The notes below the pieces were generated by a model, which ran no database searches, was not told the DNA's origin, and saw only the letters and a list, made by a program, of their open reading frames with translations. A stretch of 64,000 bases of DNA. Source: a virus (lineage: Duplodnaviria; Heunggongvirae; Uroviricota; Caudoviricetes). A program made the translations under genes and the position numbers. Of this stretch, positions 46,354-56,639 are shown one piece after another (within the stretch, counting starts at the first letter, position 1; each line of letters begins with the position of its first letter). The DNA is taken from IMG/VR virus record IMGVR_UViG_3300022697_000186, positions 45,091 through 109,090 of that record. The stretch is one strand, 5' to 3'.

Positions 46354-48519
46354 ATGGCTATTGTAGCAACAGATTGGTCCGTGGACAGAGCCACGGGAAA
46401 TATTAGGTATATAGGAAACGACCATAATGGTGCAGCACCTTCCTATGCAACTGTAATCCAACTTCACAGATGGTTACAAGGGTTAGCAGATGATCCAGTA
46501 TCTTCTGGTGATGATGAAATGGATGCAACAGATGTTCTACCATCCAGTAGAGCTACAGATAATTTAATAACATTATTGGGTTCATATAATATTAATGCAA
46601 TAGCCGCAGAGCATTTATATGATGGTTCTATCGTACAAGGTACAGGTGGTACAGAAGTTTATTATGATGGTATCGTAAACTTTGGTAATGTTGGAGTTGT
46701 TATTCAGCTTCAACAAAATGGTGCAGTATTAGTAGATGATTTCTGGAACTATGGTGTAGGTGGAGCAGATACTACAAGTGCTGGTGCAGCATTTATGACT
46801 GATACAGGTCAATCATGGACTACTGATCAATGGGTAGGATATGTAATTAAGAATACTACAGATGGTAGTCAAGCATTAATCACAGCTAATACAGCAACAA
46901 CTGTAACAGGTGTTCTATTTGGAGGTACTGCTAATACTTGGACTTCAGCAGATGCTTATCTAATAAGTCAAGGATTAAACTCAGATTCAGCACAGGGTAT
47001 TTCTCACAGGTTCTTAATTCAGACTAGAACTGCTGGAGCTGATATTGATGGTAGAGTTCTTCTTGGAACAAACAGAACATTTGGTAATACTTATGGAGAG
47101 TTCAAGATTAACGGAACTTCTAGAGGTAATAACGTTCTAGCTTTATCAGATGCTGGAGATTTGAATAACACTACAGCAAGAGCTACAACAGATGCTTATA
47201 CAGATGTTTTTATTGATAGAACAGTAACTACAGCTACAATATCAGGTGTTAATGCTACAGGACAAACAATATTAAATGTATCAGATGGTACACAGTTTGC
47301 TGTAGGTGATTTTATTATGACTGCTGTTGATAACCATGAGTATAAAATTGTATCTATAGCAACTAATGCTTTAACTTTAAATAGAAACTTAGTTACTGCT
47401 ACTACTGGTGGTGAAGCTACTTACACTCTTAACATAGGTTTCAGTCAGATAGATGTCAATAATGATACAATTAGTGAAAATTACTATGCACATTGGGATA
47501 GAGGTGCTCAGTCAGTTAATAGTTTCTTCGAATATACGAAGAATTTGTCAGCTGATGCAACAAACCATTATTTATATGGTATTCCAGGTGAATTGTTTAG
47601 AGGTATATCACATGAGTTTGTAATAGATACTCCTACAGGTACTTTTGAAGCAGTTGAATCAGTATCTTGGACAGCAGGTACAGCAGGTACAGCAGGTACT
47701 GGACAGATGCTTGCTATAGATTCACCAACAGCAGGTACTAAAATGTGGGTTCAATTACTCACAGGTGGTACTCCTGGTGATAATGCAACAATTACTGGTG
47801 GTAGTTCTACAGCAACTGCTTTAGTGAATGTAACAGTAACGGATAGAAGTTCATTAATTAAAACCCCGTTTGTTGGTGCATCTACTGGTTCTGCATTGAT
47901 TGGTTCTTATGGATTAACAATTCAGACAGCGGATTTATCTTCTAATGATAAAGTGTTTGATTTAACTAATGCTCAGATTACTCCTCCAAATAATGTAACA
48001 TTCACAGTTAGTGGTGTTGTAACTGCAGAAGATTATATATTAGTAGGACCTTGGGATGGAACAACAACAGACGCTAACGGTGATCCAGAGATTAATTACA
48101 ACCAGCTTACAGTTAATGCTACAATTAATACGGATAATATTACATCATTGGTAACGGCTTCACCTATTCCTTCTGATACTCCTTCTACAGGGTTTATTAG
48201 AGTAGTTGATGATAATAGTTTCTTTAGGAAACTTCATTACTCAAGTTGGACTGGTTCTACTTTCACTATCGATACTACTGATGGTCAAGAGGATTTCTTA
48301 ACTGTTAATGCTACAGCAGGTAACAATGTGTTTATTGCTTACATTGATTTAGTAGCGACTGCAGGTAGTGAAGCATTTACATTTGTTTATAGTACTGATA
48401 GACAGTTTGTTATTAAAGTTCGTGATGGTGGTGGTACTCCAATTAAAGAGTATATCACATCAGGTACTATGGGTGTTAATGGTGGTTCAACAACTGCTAT
48501 TAGGACTGCTGATGCATAA
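46354..48519 (+). CDS. large Thr/Gly/Ser-rich virion structural protein (tail fibre/baseplate candidate)
   Basis: ORF track 721 aa; late operon; terminator downstream. Confidence 0.5.
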   Translation: MAIVATDWSVDRATGNIRYIGNDHNGAAPSYATVIQLHRWLQGLADDPVSSGDDEMDATDVLPSSRATDNLITLLGSYNINAIAAEHLYDGSIVQGTGGTEVYYDGIVNFGNVGVVIQLQQNGAVLVDDFWNYGVGGADTTSAGAAFMTDTGQSWTTDQWVGYVIKNTTDGSQALITANTATTVTGVLFGGTANTWTSADAYLISQGLNSDSAQGISHRFLIQTRTAGADIDGRVLLGTNRTFGNTYGEFKINGTSRGNNVLALSDAGDLNNTTARATTDAYTDVFIDRTVTTATISGVNATGQTILNVSDGTQFAVGDFIMTAVDNHEYKIVSIATNALTLNRNLVTATTGGEATYTLNIGFSQIDVNNDTISENYYAHWDRGAQSVNSFFEYTKNLSADATNHYLYGIPGELFRGISHEFVIDTPTGTFEAVESVSWTAGTAGTAGTGQMLAIDSPTAGTKMWVQLLTGGTPGDNATITGGSSTATALVNVTVTDRSSLIKTPFVGASTGSALIGSYGLTIQTADLSSNDKVFDLTNAQITPPNNVTFTVSGVVTAEDYILVGPWDGTTTDANGDPEINYNQLTVNATINTDNITSLVTASPIPSDTPSTGFIRVVDDNSFFRKLHYSSWTGSTFTIDTTDGQEDFLTVNATAGNNVFIAYIDLVATAGSEAFTFVYSTDRQFVIKVRDGGGTPIKEYITSGTMGVNGGSTTAIRTADA

Positions 48520-48552
48520 TCTTAATTGCGTATAGTAGTTAGGATAATTAAT

Positions 48553-48579
48553 GGGATGGTAACTAATCCTTACCATCCC
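48553..48579 (+). terminator. 10-bp stem hairpin GGGATGGTAA/TTACCATCCC
   Basis: direct reading. Confidence 0.6.
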
Positions 48580-48600
48580 TTATTTAATGAGGGTATTTAA

Positions 48601-49893
48601 TTGGCTTATAGGAATGACATAAGTGCACTTGGAGCTGATCACCATTGGATTTTCGATGGTAATTCTAATGATAACATAGGTACAGCTAATGGTGTAGATA
48701 CTACAATGATTTACACAGATGCAGCTATATCAAAAGATGCAACTAATTGTGCAACTACAGATGCTCTAACTGATAGAATAACTTTACCAACTACTATAAC
48801 AATTAATAATTCAGCACAAGCTAGAAAAGCTATAGCAGGATGGTTTGAAACTACTGCTTATCAAGCTCCTCCTACTAGGATATATGGTGAAGGTACACAA
48901 CTTACATGTTTTCAATTTTGTATGGGATTTGGTAATAATCTAATTTTCGAAGTTACAGAGCCTACAAATTTTGCCACAGGATTACAAATTTATGGGTTAG
49001 CTTTGATACCTAATAGAGTATATCATTTATGTGCTATATTCTCTGGTAACGCTTACGATAATTTGATAAAGTTATTCGTTGATGGAGTTTTACAAACAGA
49101 TGCTGACCCAGTAGCCAGACAACCTAATACAGCAAGTTTAGATAGTCGAGGCGTTGGTGAATTTGGGGATGCTGTGGGTACTACAGGATTAGGTGGAGGT
49201 GTAGTTTTACAGCAAGCTTCAAGAAATGGCAGATATCAGCATTGGGCGGCGTGGGGTGATACTGTTAATGCACTATTAACTGATACAGAAGTTAGAGTCA
49301 CCTTATTTGAAAGAGGAGCGTTAGCTCAGAATACAATAACTACCGGAACACAAGTAGCAATGCAAACATCAGTTGATTCTTTATCAAATCAAATAAATGC
49401 ACCGTGTTGTGTAGAAGTAGAAGCAGTTACTGGTGGAGGTAATTTTCAACTTACTTCTCCTATAACATATGATTCAAAAGCATCTATTCATGTGAGATAT
49501 AATGGAATTGCAGATACTTTGACATGGGTTAACACTTCAGGTGGGAACGCTTCCATTGGGTCTGCCCCATTTGGAGGTACTTTAATTATAGCCACGAGAC
49601 AAACACTAACAATAACAGTTAAAGATGCAACAGATAAAACTGCAATAAGTGGAGCAAGAGTATATATGAAAGCTGATGTTGGTGGTGATTTAGCTGTAGG
49701 AACTGTTATTATGAATACAACCACAAATATTTCTGGAGTAGCTACAATTAGTTATGATTATACAAATGATCAACCAATTATAGCTTATGTAAGAAAAGGT
49801 TCAGTATCTAAATTTTATTCAGAAGCAAGTATAGATGGACCTTTGACTTCTACTCCTTTTAATGCAATCGTTTTAATGGTACTGGATGAATAA
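48601..49893 (+). CDS. structural protein with LamG/jellyroll-like N-domain and conserved C-terminal module (TTG start)
   Basis: ORF track; N-term ...ADHHWIFDGNSND; shares C-terminal module with 49893 gene. Confidence 0.5.
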   Translation: MAYRNDISALGADHHWIFDGNSNDNIGTANGVDTTMIYTDAAISKDATNCATTDALTDRITLPTTITINNSAQARKAIAGWFETTAYQAPPTRIYGEGTQLTCFQFCMGFGNNLIFEVTEPTNFATGLQIYGLALIPNRVYHLCAIFSGNAYDNLIKLFVDGVLQTDADPVARQPNTASLDSRGVGEFGDAVGTTGLGGGVVLQQASRNGRYQHWAAWGDTVNALLTDTEVRVTLFERGALAQNTITTGTQVAMQTSVDSLSNQINAPCCVEVEAVTGGGNFQLTSPITYDSKASIHVRYNGIADTLTWVNTSGGNASIGSAPFGGTLIIATRQTLTITVKDATDKTAISGARVYMKADVGGDLAVGTVIMNTTTNISGVATISYDYTNDQPIIAYVRKGSVSKFYSEASIDGPLTSTPFNAIVLMVLDE

Positions 49894-52826
49894 TGGCAGC
49901 AGGTGATTTCTATATTAGGCGTAATAATGCAGAGACTTCTACTCTGCCTAATGCAGGTGCAAACCTAGACGCAACTTGGGATACCTTAGAACTTGATGAA
50001 GGTTCTGCCGCAACGTACAGTGCTGGTGTATATACCATTTCAAATATCGGTCCTCATTTAATTTTATACTCCGAAAGATTTTATACATCCGATACAACTA
50101 ACAATGAACGTATTGAAGGACAAGGTCGTTTAAGAATTGGTGGCGTAGATGTTGTAGAAGGTGCCGCTGAAGGCTATATAAGAAAAACAAGTGGTCAACA
50201 AGATATGGTTATCAGTGGTGCTTGTATATACCGAACCACTGGAATAAACACTAGTCTTATCACTAGATTTTCTAGAGGTGATGATTCTACAACAGGAACA
50301 GTAACGAGAGCTAGCGGTTTTGGTGGAGTACAGATATTCCAGCTAGATGATGCAAACAGCTTTGCAAGGTACTCTACGACTGCTACACAAACACTTTCAA
50401 CGACAGAAGCCATAGTAACAAATTGGACTAATGATGAAGAAGATGTTGGATTTTCGAGGACTGCTGACACAGTAACAATAAGTAGTGCTGGTCGTTATGT
50501 CATGTCAGTTAGTGGCACTGTTAGTATCACAGGAACTTCGAGAACAGAAGGAGTTATTTTCGCAAAAAATACATCTGTTGCTATAACAGGCTCTCGTGGT
50601 AGTTTTCATATGAGAGGTCTTGACGGTTGTCAGAATGGTGCTTTTAATGTCACTATGATTATAGATGTTGCTGCAAATGACACTATTACATTACATAAAG
50701 ATTTGACTGGAGGTTCCACTCCAACAATAGGTACTGGTATGGTATGGCAGTTTTGGAAATTACCAGCAGGTAGCGAAACTGCAATAATGGAAGCAACTAC
50801 TGGGGACATGAATACTCCAGGAGCGTTCACCTGGGACACACTTCCTCAAATAGATACATTAGGATTTACAGCTACGGCAGGAACATCTAATATTGATGTA
50901 GACCAAAATTGTCATTTAATTGCTTTCTGGCAGATGGGTAAGACTGTAGTAGATTCAGTACAGAGAGCTTATCCTATGTCGAGAGTTACTGTTAATTCAA
51001 ATCCTTTAAATTATGTGGCTGGTGGTTCTTACCACAGAAACTCTGGTGGTATCGGTGCGTTCATGTCACAAGGTGCTTCAAGTATTGTACCTAATGTAGC
51101 AAGTGGTAGGTCTATAGAAATTGAAATCACTCCGTTAGCCGCTAGCGGTGTATTAGATTGTGATACTGGACATTTCTCACTATTAAACTTAGAAAGTATA
51201 TTCACTTATACTTATTCAATACCTCCAGAAATAACAGACTTTAATACAACCGAGGTCTTTGATTGGGGGGATACAGGGTTAATTATTACAGGAAGTATAT
51301 TCGGAGCAACGCAAGGTGTAGGCAAGGTAGAGTTCTGGAGTGATACTGCTGGAACAATAAAAACAAGCCAGACAGTTAATAGTTGGTCTGCAACATCTAT
51401 ATCTATAGATACAGTCCAAGGTTCACTAAGTAACAATTCTATTGTGTACCTTGTTGTTACTACAAATAGTGCATTAGAAAGCAATAAACTTTTAGTCACA
51501 GTAGGATTAGTTGCTTACAGTGCGTTGATAGTATCGAACTTAAAAGCCGACCATTATTGGAGATTTAATAATACGATGGCTGATACTGGAGATACAGGTC
51601 CTGCCAGAGATATGCTTACTGAAATAGGGACTACCACCTATTCTACAGGAAATATAGTTGACGATAATACTCATGCTTTAATCTTAAATGAGATTACAGA
51701 AAGAATAGGTCCTGCAGATTCACCTAATATGAATATAACTATTGATGCCCAGCAAAGAACCTTATGCGCTTGGATACAGTTAAACAGTATCCAACATCCA
51801 TTAGGTTGTATATTCAAGGAAGGTGCTCAAATACAAAATATGGCATTCCTAGCTGGATATGGAAATATTATACTAGCTCAGATGGCAGATACTCCTAGCT
51901 TAACAGGAAATGTACAAGCGTGGTCAGATTATAAATTAACTGTATCCAGACCGTATCATATATGTATGCGGTATGATTACCCAAACAATTTTGAGTTGTT
52001 TGTAGACGGAAAATTACAAGCTAATACAGACGGCAATCCTTTAGGGGTTGGTACATTTAACTCACACTCTGGAGATATTGCAATAGGCTCACCTGATACC
52101 ACACTAGAAACTGGAGGGACTGACCTTACTTATGGAGGTATGGAGAATATGTTGATGTCGGACTTTGCAAGCTGGTCAGACAATTCAGCAGGAGTTAATG
52201 CAGGTGCAATTTCTAATTCAGATATTAAAGAACTTCTTTTTAGAAGAGGGGCTCTTCCAAATTATACTGTAGCCACTGCAATACAAGCGACTATGCAGAC
52301 AGATGTAACTACTAATCTTGATAATACTACAGTACCTGACTACCCGTTAGGTGTTAGGATTAATAAGGTTACAGGTAATGGTAATGTAGAATTAACATTT
52401 ACTAACGTTGTGTTTGATAGCCGTGTTACAGACCATATAGAGTATAGAGGTGGAGGTACAATAACTTTAGTAAACAGAGGTACATCTAATATAGTTGCTT
52501 CTCAATGTTTTTCTCCAGCAGGTGGTACAATATCAGTAGTTAATGACGTTAGTGTCACTATAACTGTAAAAGATATTAAAACAAAAGCTACAGTACAAAA
52601 CGCATTTGTCTTGTTAAAAGAAGACCCTAGTGGTGTAGAGCTTATAAAAACTGCGACAGATGTGAACGGTCAGGTTACTGTATTCTATCGTTACGGTGCA
52701 GACCAAGCAGTGATTGGGGTAGTTAGAAAAGGGACAACCTCACCTTTGTATAAAGAATCAGTTATTGCAGATACAATAATTAGTAGTGGTTTAGATATAA
52801 CTATATTTATGATTTCAGACGAATAA
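49893..52826 (+). CDS. large tail fibre-like protein containing internal copy of the 48601-gene domain architecture
   Basis: 977 aa; residues ~540-977 parallel the 430-aa neighbour (KADHYWRFNNT..., ...VTITVKDIKTKA..., ...VVRKGTTSPLYKES...SDE). Confidence 0.55.
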   Translation: MAAGDFYIRRNNAETSTLPNAGANLDATWDTLELDEGSAATYSAGVYTISNIGPHLILYSERFYTSDTTNNERIEGQGRLRIGGVDVVEGAAEGYIRKTSGQQDMVISGACIYRTTGINTSLITRFSRGDDSTTGTVTRASGFGGVQIFQLDDANSFARYSTTATQTLSTTEAIVTNWTNDEEDVGFSRTADTVTISSAGRYVMSVSGTVSITGTSRTEGVIFAKNTSVAITGSRGSFHMRGLDGCQNGAFNVTMIIDVAANDTITLHKDLTGGSTPTIGTGMVWQFWKLPAGSETAIMEATTGDMNTPGAFTWDTLPQIDTLGFTATAGTSNIDVDQNCHLIAFWQMGKTVVDSVQRAYPMSRVTVNSNPLNYVAGGSYHRNSGGIGAFMSQGASSIVPNVASGRSIEIEITPLAASGVLDCDTGHFSLLNLESIFTYTYSIPPEITDFNTTEVFDWGDTGLIITGSIFGATQGVGKVEFWSDTAGTIKTSQTVNSWSATSISIDTVQGSLSNNSIVYLVVTTNSALESNKLLVTVGLVAYSALIVSNLKADHYWRFNNTMADTGDTGPARDMLTEIGTTTYSTGNIVDDNTHALILNEITERIGPADSPNMNITIDAQQRTLCAWIQLNSIQHPLGCIFKEGAQIQNMAFLAGYGNIILAQMADTPSLTGNVQAWSDYKLTVSRPYHICMRYDYPNNFELFVDGKLQANTDGNPLGVGTFNSHSGDIAIGSPDTTLETGGTDLTYGGMENMLMSDFASWSDNSAGVNAGAISNSDIKELLFRRGALPNYTVATAIQATMQTDVTTNLDNTTVPDYPLGVRINKVTGNGNVELTFTNVVFDSRVTDHIEYRGGGTITLVNRGTSNIVASQCFSPAGGTISVVNDVSVTITVKDIKTKATVQNAFVLLKEDPSGVELIKTATDVNGQVTVFYRYGADQAVIGVVRKGTTSPLYKESVIADTIISSGLDITIFMISDE

Positions 52827-52839
52827 TAAGGAGTACAAT

Positions 52840-53139
52840 ATGTCCAAAAAGAAAAAGAAAAAAGATAAAGTAGATAAAGAGGTTCAGAATATGCCAAGTT
52901 TTAATTCAGGGTCTGTTGGTAAAGGCAAGCAACTTAGGAGTGAATCTAACAAGGTTGTAAATCCAGAAGTAGGTAAATTGATTATAGATAATCCAGCAAG
53001 AATATGTGAAGTATGTGATGAACCTACTTTCAGAGGTTTTATGTATAATGATTTAACTATTTATTTATGTGCTAAACATGAAGGTATAGAATTTCATAAG
53101 GAAGCTATAAAATCTGTTAATAAAATTATAGGAGTATAA
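52840..53139 (+). CDS. small protein with poly-Lys N-terminus and Zn-binding CxxC...CxxH
   Basis: ORF track. Confidence 0.5.
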   Translation: MSKKKKKKDKVDKEVQNMPSFNSGSVGKGKQLRSESNKVVNPEVGKLIIDNPARICEVCDEPTFRGFMYNDLTIYLCAKHEGIEFHKEAIKSVNKIIGV

Positions 53140-53367
53140 ATGAGTAATAATGGGACTAATCCAGAAATAGCGAAGGCACATCAAGAGATAGCTACTAGGA
53201 ATTCTAGGGCAGCAGTTGAGAAAGTTGATAGTACTAGAAATGAATTATTAGAAAGATTAAATCACTTAGAGCAGTTAGTAGCTACACAGCAACAACAGAT
53301 TACACAACTACAACAAAAGTATAACCTTCTTTTAACTAAGAATTTTGATGGTAGAGCAACTGAATAA
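53140..53367 (+). CDS. coiled-coil small protein
   Basis: ORF track. Confidence 0.5.
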   Translation: MSNNGTNPEIAKAHQEIATRNSRAAVEKVDSTRNELLERLNHLEQLVATQQQQITQLQQKYNLLLTKNFDGRATE

Positions 53368-54515
53368 TGTCACTATCAGTGGATTGGAGTGTTACACCTT
53401 GGTTAATTACAATACCTAAATCTGATTTAACATTAGAGACAGGTACTAAATATAAATTAACAGTAGATACATTCTGGCAGTTATTAAGGGACTTTAATGA
53501 TAGTCCTGAAGCTATGCCACTCCCTAAACTCTATTCTAGAATACCTGCTACAGCATCAACTCCAAGTATTACAGAAATAGATGGTACTTATTATGCTTTA
53601 CAATTTGAAAATGGAACTTACTCTGTTAACATAATTGACGGTAACACTAATATTAGAGATGTTGAATTGAAGAATTCTGTGTCAGTAAATACAAACAACA
53701 CTACTGGATTTATTGACCCTACATTCCTTGAGTATAGTGTCTTTGATGGTAGAGTTACAATGGATGTAGTTAATGGAGAAGCAGGTACTGGTAAGAATGC
53801 TCAAGGGTTTAGAATTGGCACTGGTAAAGCACCTGTTAATAATCTTGCAGATGCTAAGATTATTGCAGCGAATGATGGATTTAGTACAATAAAAGTTATA
53901 GGTAATTTTACTTTTGATGCTTCTGATATATTAAACGCATTTACAATGGAAGGAGAGAATCCTCAGAAGACTATGATTACATTAACAGAAGCTGCAATAA
54001 TAACTAATTGTGAATTCTTTCATGCTACAATATCAGGTTTCCTTGATGGGGGGACTACTGTACATCATTGTCATTTAGGTAATCTTGATTATATAGATGG
54101 GGATGTAGAAGATTGTGAATTAAACCTAGCGATTATAACTTTAAATAGTATATCGGCAGAATTTATAAGATGTTATTCAGGAGTCTCTGGGTCTCAAACA
54201 CCTATCATTGATTTAGGTGGAAGTGGTACAACATTAGGTATTCGTAATTATAATGGTGGAATTAAACTTATAAATAAAACTGGAGTGGATAAAGTTTCTA
54301 TCGACTTAAATTCAGGACATATAATTTTAGATAGCACTATTACTGCAGGAGAGATTATCTGTAGAGGAGTAGGAAAAATTACAAATAACAGTAGTGGAAC
54401 TACTGTTGATACTTCAGGATTAATTAATCCAAGTAATATAGCAAGTAATGTATGGTCTGATACTACAGGAGATAAAGTTTCTAAAAATACTGGACTAATT
54501 CCAGCGACATTGTAA
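53367..54515 (+). CDS. structural protein, possible beta-helix (tail spike-like)
   Basis: ORF track 382 aa. Confidence 0.45.
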   Translation: MSLSVDWSVTPWLITIPKSDLTLETGTKYKLTVDTFWQLLRDFNDSPEAMPLPKLYSRIPATASTPSITEIDGTYYALQFENGTYSVNIIDGNTNIRDVELKNSVSVNTNNTTGFIDPTFLEYSVFDGRVTMDVVNGEAGTGKNAQGFRIGTGKAPVNNLADAKIIAANDGFSTIKVIGNFTFDASDILNAFTMEGENPQKTMITLTEAAIITNCEFFHATISGFLDGGTTVHHCHLGNLDYIDGDVEDCELNLAIITLNSISAEFIRCYSGVSGSQTPIIDLGGSGTTLGIRNYNGGIKLINKTGVDKVSIDLNSGHIILDSTITAGEIICRGVGKITNNSSGTTVDTSGLINPSNIASNVWSDTTGDKVSKNTGLIPATL

Positions 54516-54525
54516 GGAGAATATA

Positions 54526-54882
54526 ATGGGTTTTAAAATATCAGAAATATCAAGTGAAGCAAAAGCAGTAATGGCTATGATTCTTATAGTTGGAGCTGGA
54601 TTTACTAGTGCCATCACATGGATGGAAGTTAAGTTTGTAGGAGCAGCTGAGTATGCAACTAAATCAGAACGAATGCAATTAGACATAGGTCAATTAAGAG
54701 AAGCTTATACTACAGAAAAACAAACACAAAGATTTGAATTTTTAGAGGAACAAATATCTAAATATGAAGAAAAGTATCCTGATGGAAGTAATACAGCACC
54801 ACCTAGAATTAAAAATACTTGGAATAGGTACTTAAAAGAATACTCTATTTTAGAACAAAAAGTATTTGATAAGTATAAATAA
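54526..54882 (+). CDS. TM + coiled-coil protein
   Basis: ORF track. Confidence 0.5.
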   Translation: MGFKISEISSEAKAVMAMILIVGAGFTSAITWMEVKFVGAAEYATKSERMQLDIGQLREAYTTEKQTQRFEFLEEQISKYEEKYPDGSNTAPPRIKNTWNRYLKEYSILEQKVFDKYK

Positions 54883-55371
54883 ATGTCAGTAATAACAACT
54901 AAATCTTTTACTGCAGGTGGAGTAACTATTACAAAAGGATCAGGATCTCCTACATCAATACCTAAGAAACATGGAGATATGTATATTGATGTAACAAATG
55001 ATTATGTATATGTAGCAACAGATATATTAAATTCAAGTAATTGGATTATTGTTTCTAATGCAGGTGCAGGCGGTGTTTATAATCAAGCAGAGAAGAATGC
55101 ACTTGAATTAGAAATGGGATTTAAAAATGCTAATGGTTCAAATTATAAAGAACTTGGATATGATACAACTAGTGGAGATTTAAGTTCTATAAATATATAC
55201 ACAACTAGTGCTAAAACTACGCAGTTATTTAGTAAAACATTAGGATATAATTCTAATGGTAATTTAATACAAGTAAGTACAACAAGATCATCTGATAATA
55301 AAAATTTAACAAAAAATATAAGTTATAATATATATGGTGATTTATTTTCAATAGAGGCAATTTTAATATGA
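54883..55371 (+). CDS. hypothetical structural protein
   Basis: ORF track. Confidence 0.5.
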   Translation: MSVITTKSFTAGGVTITKGSGSPTSIPKKHGDMYIDVTNDYVYVATDILNSSNWIIVSNAGAGGVYNQAEKNALELEMGFKNANGSNYKELGYDTTSGDLSSINIYTTSAKTTQLFSKTLGYNSNGNLIQVSTTRSSDNKNLTKNISYNIYGDLFSIEAILI

Positions 55372-56369
55372 CATTAGAAAAATTTTCGTATAAATATTTA
55401 GAAAGTATGCAACTACCATGGATTATATGTAAACCATGGAAGTGGGTTGTAACCAGATTATTTAAAGGTATAGATATATTAAATCTTCTTTATAAAAATC
55501 CACATTATAAACAGCTAGCAGAACTTAAAGGTAAACCTACATTAAATACTTTAAAAAATAAATATATCAAAGAGTTAAAATTTTTAAAAAATGGTTTATA
55601 TAATTATAAATATGAAAATAATATTGATGATGTTGGAGATCAAGGATTACATAATGGTATATATGCGGCATATAGATTAAATATTTTTAATGATAATAAA
55701 TTTTTTTTAAATTATATAAAACAAATTCTTATTAGAAATGATGATGGTGATCTTGTATTATTACGTGGTATAAATATTCCTAAAAATAAAAATATTGATG
55801 ATTACGAATTTGGTAATTTACTTAGAGATGATTGTAGTGGAGATCAACTAGGTGGATTTGTTTTAGCTTGTTCAGAATACAGAAAACAAAATGGTAAATT
55901 ACCTGACATAGTACATGAATTCTTTAATCAATTTTTTAAAGAAATTGAATGTAAGTTTTTAAATATACCTTTTATAAAATTTAAATCATTAAATTGTAAA
56001 TTATATCAACTAGATGGTACCGTTAGTAAACATGGTAATTTAAATCCTAATATATTTATGTCTGCATTTCCAATTGGTATTGTATTAGCTGCTGCAGTTG
56101 TATCAGGTAATTGGAAAGCTTTTAATTATTTATATTATAAATGTGGTTATAAATATATGTTACCTCATTTAAATCTTTATGTATTAGGTGGAGAAATTGA
56201 TACAATTAAACCTGTAGTGTTTGGTAAAAAAATTACTGGACAAAGAAGTTGGTTTAATTATAATTTAGCTGCTGTAGGTCTTTCAATATTAAATACATGG
56301 GATAAACATTCAAAACGAAAATTTTTGTATCAACTTGCTCTGGACAAACTATTAGTAGACACAAGTTGA
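55368..56369 (+). CDS. hypothetical Asn/Lys/Tyr-rich protein terminated by TGA that is followed in-frame by an 89-codon start-less open frame
   Basis: ORF track; see finding. Confidence 0.5.
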   Translation: MTLEKFSYKYLESMQLPWIICKPWKWVVTRLFKGIDILNLLYKNPHYKQLAELKGKPTLNTLKNKYIKELKFLKNGLYNYKYENNIDDVGDQGLHNGIYAAYRLNIFNDNKFFLNYIKQILIRNDDGDLVLLRGINIPKNKNIDDYEFGNLLRDDCSGDQLGGFVLACSEYRKQNGKLPDIVHEFFNQFFKEIECKFLNIPFIKFKSLNCKLYQLDGTVSKHGNLNPNIFMSAFPIGIVLAAAVVSGNWKAFNYLYYKCGYKYMLPHLNLYVLGGEIDTIKPVVFGKKITGQRSWFNYNLAAVGLSILNTWDKHSKRKFLYQLALDKLLVDTS

Positions 56370-56639
56370 AACCCATGGTGTACACTGTTAGCAAAAGAAG
56401 CTGATTTTGATGTAAAACATGAAAGTATTGTTGAAAGTTTAGAGTATTTTAGAACGTTTAGAGTCACTTTACTAGACTCTACTAAAACTGTATACTATCC
56501 GCTGGGTGGACAGAATTTAGATTGGTCATGGCAAAGATGCCCATTTAAACTAGATAAATCACCAGAACATATACATTATGGGAAATTAGATTTTTTATAT
56601 GTATTAGGTTTAGCTAAAAAATTGAAAGTGCTAATGTAA
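56370..56639 (+). other. in-frame downstream open frame (89 codons, no start codon) ending TAATG on next gene; candidate readthrough extension or disrupted gene
   Basis: hand translation of frame continuing from TGA 56367-56369. Confidence 0.4.

Noticed and set aside
49488-52897. Several 60-95 aa minus-strand ORFs inside the large fibre genes (49488, 50195, 50630, 51212, 52691) and similar antisense ORFs elsewhere (8207, 11211, 12725, 18606, 24474, 25768, 31800, 33924, 34444, 36723, 37204, 37819, 38263, 40200, 40256, 41612, 42884, 54495, 56614, 57723, 57994, 58264, 59196, 60684)
   Set aside because: They are fully embedded antisense, or in an alternative frame within long, well-supported genes. 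They have no SDs and their composition mirrors the sense gene, so they are considered spurious.
55368-56639. Global alternative genetic code (TGA=Trp, code 4) as explanation for the in-frame TGA
   Set aside because: Tryptophans in clearly real genes are encoded by TGG, and multi-hundred-codon ORFs are intact under the standard code. Only this one junction shows an in-frame TGA, so a genome-wide code 4 is unlikely. Local readthrough, recoding or a mutation remain possible.
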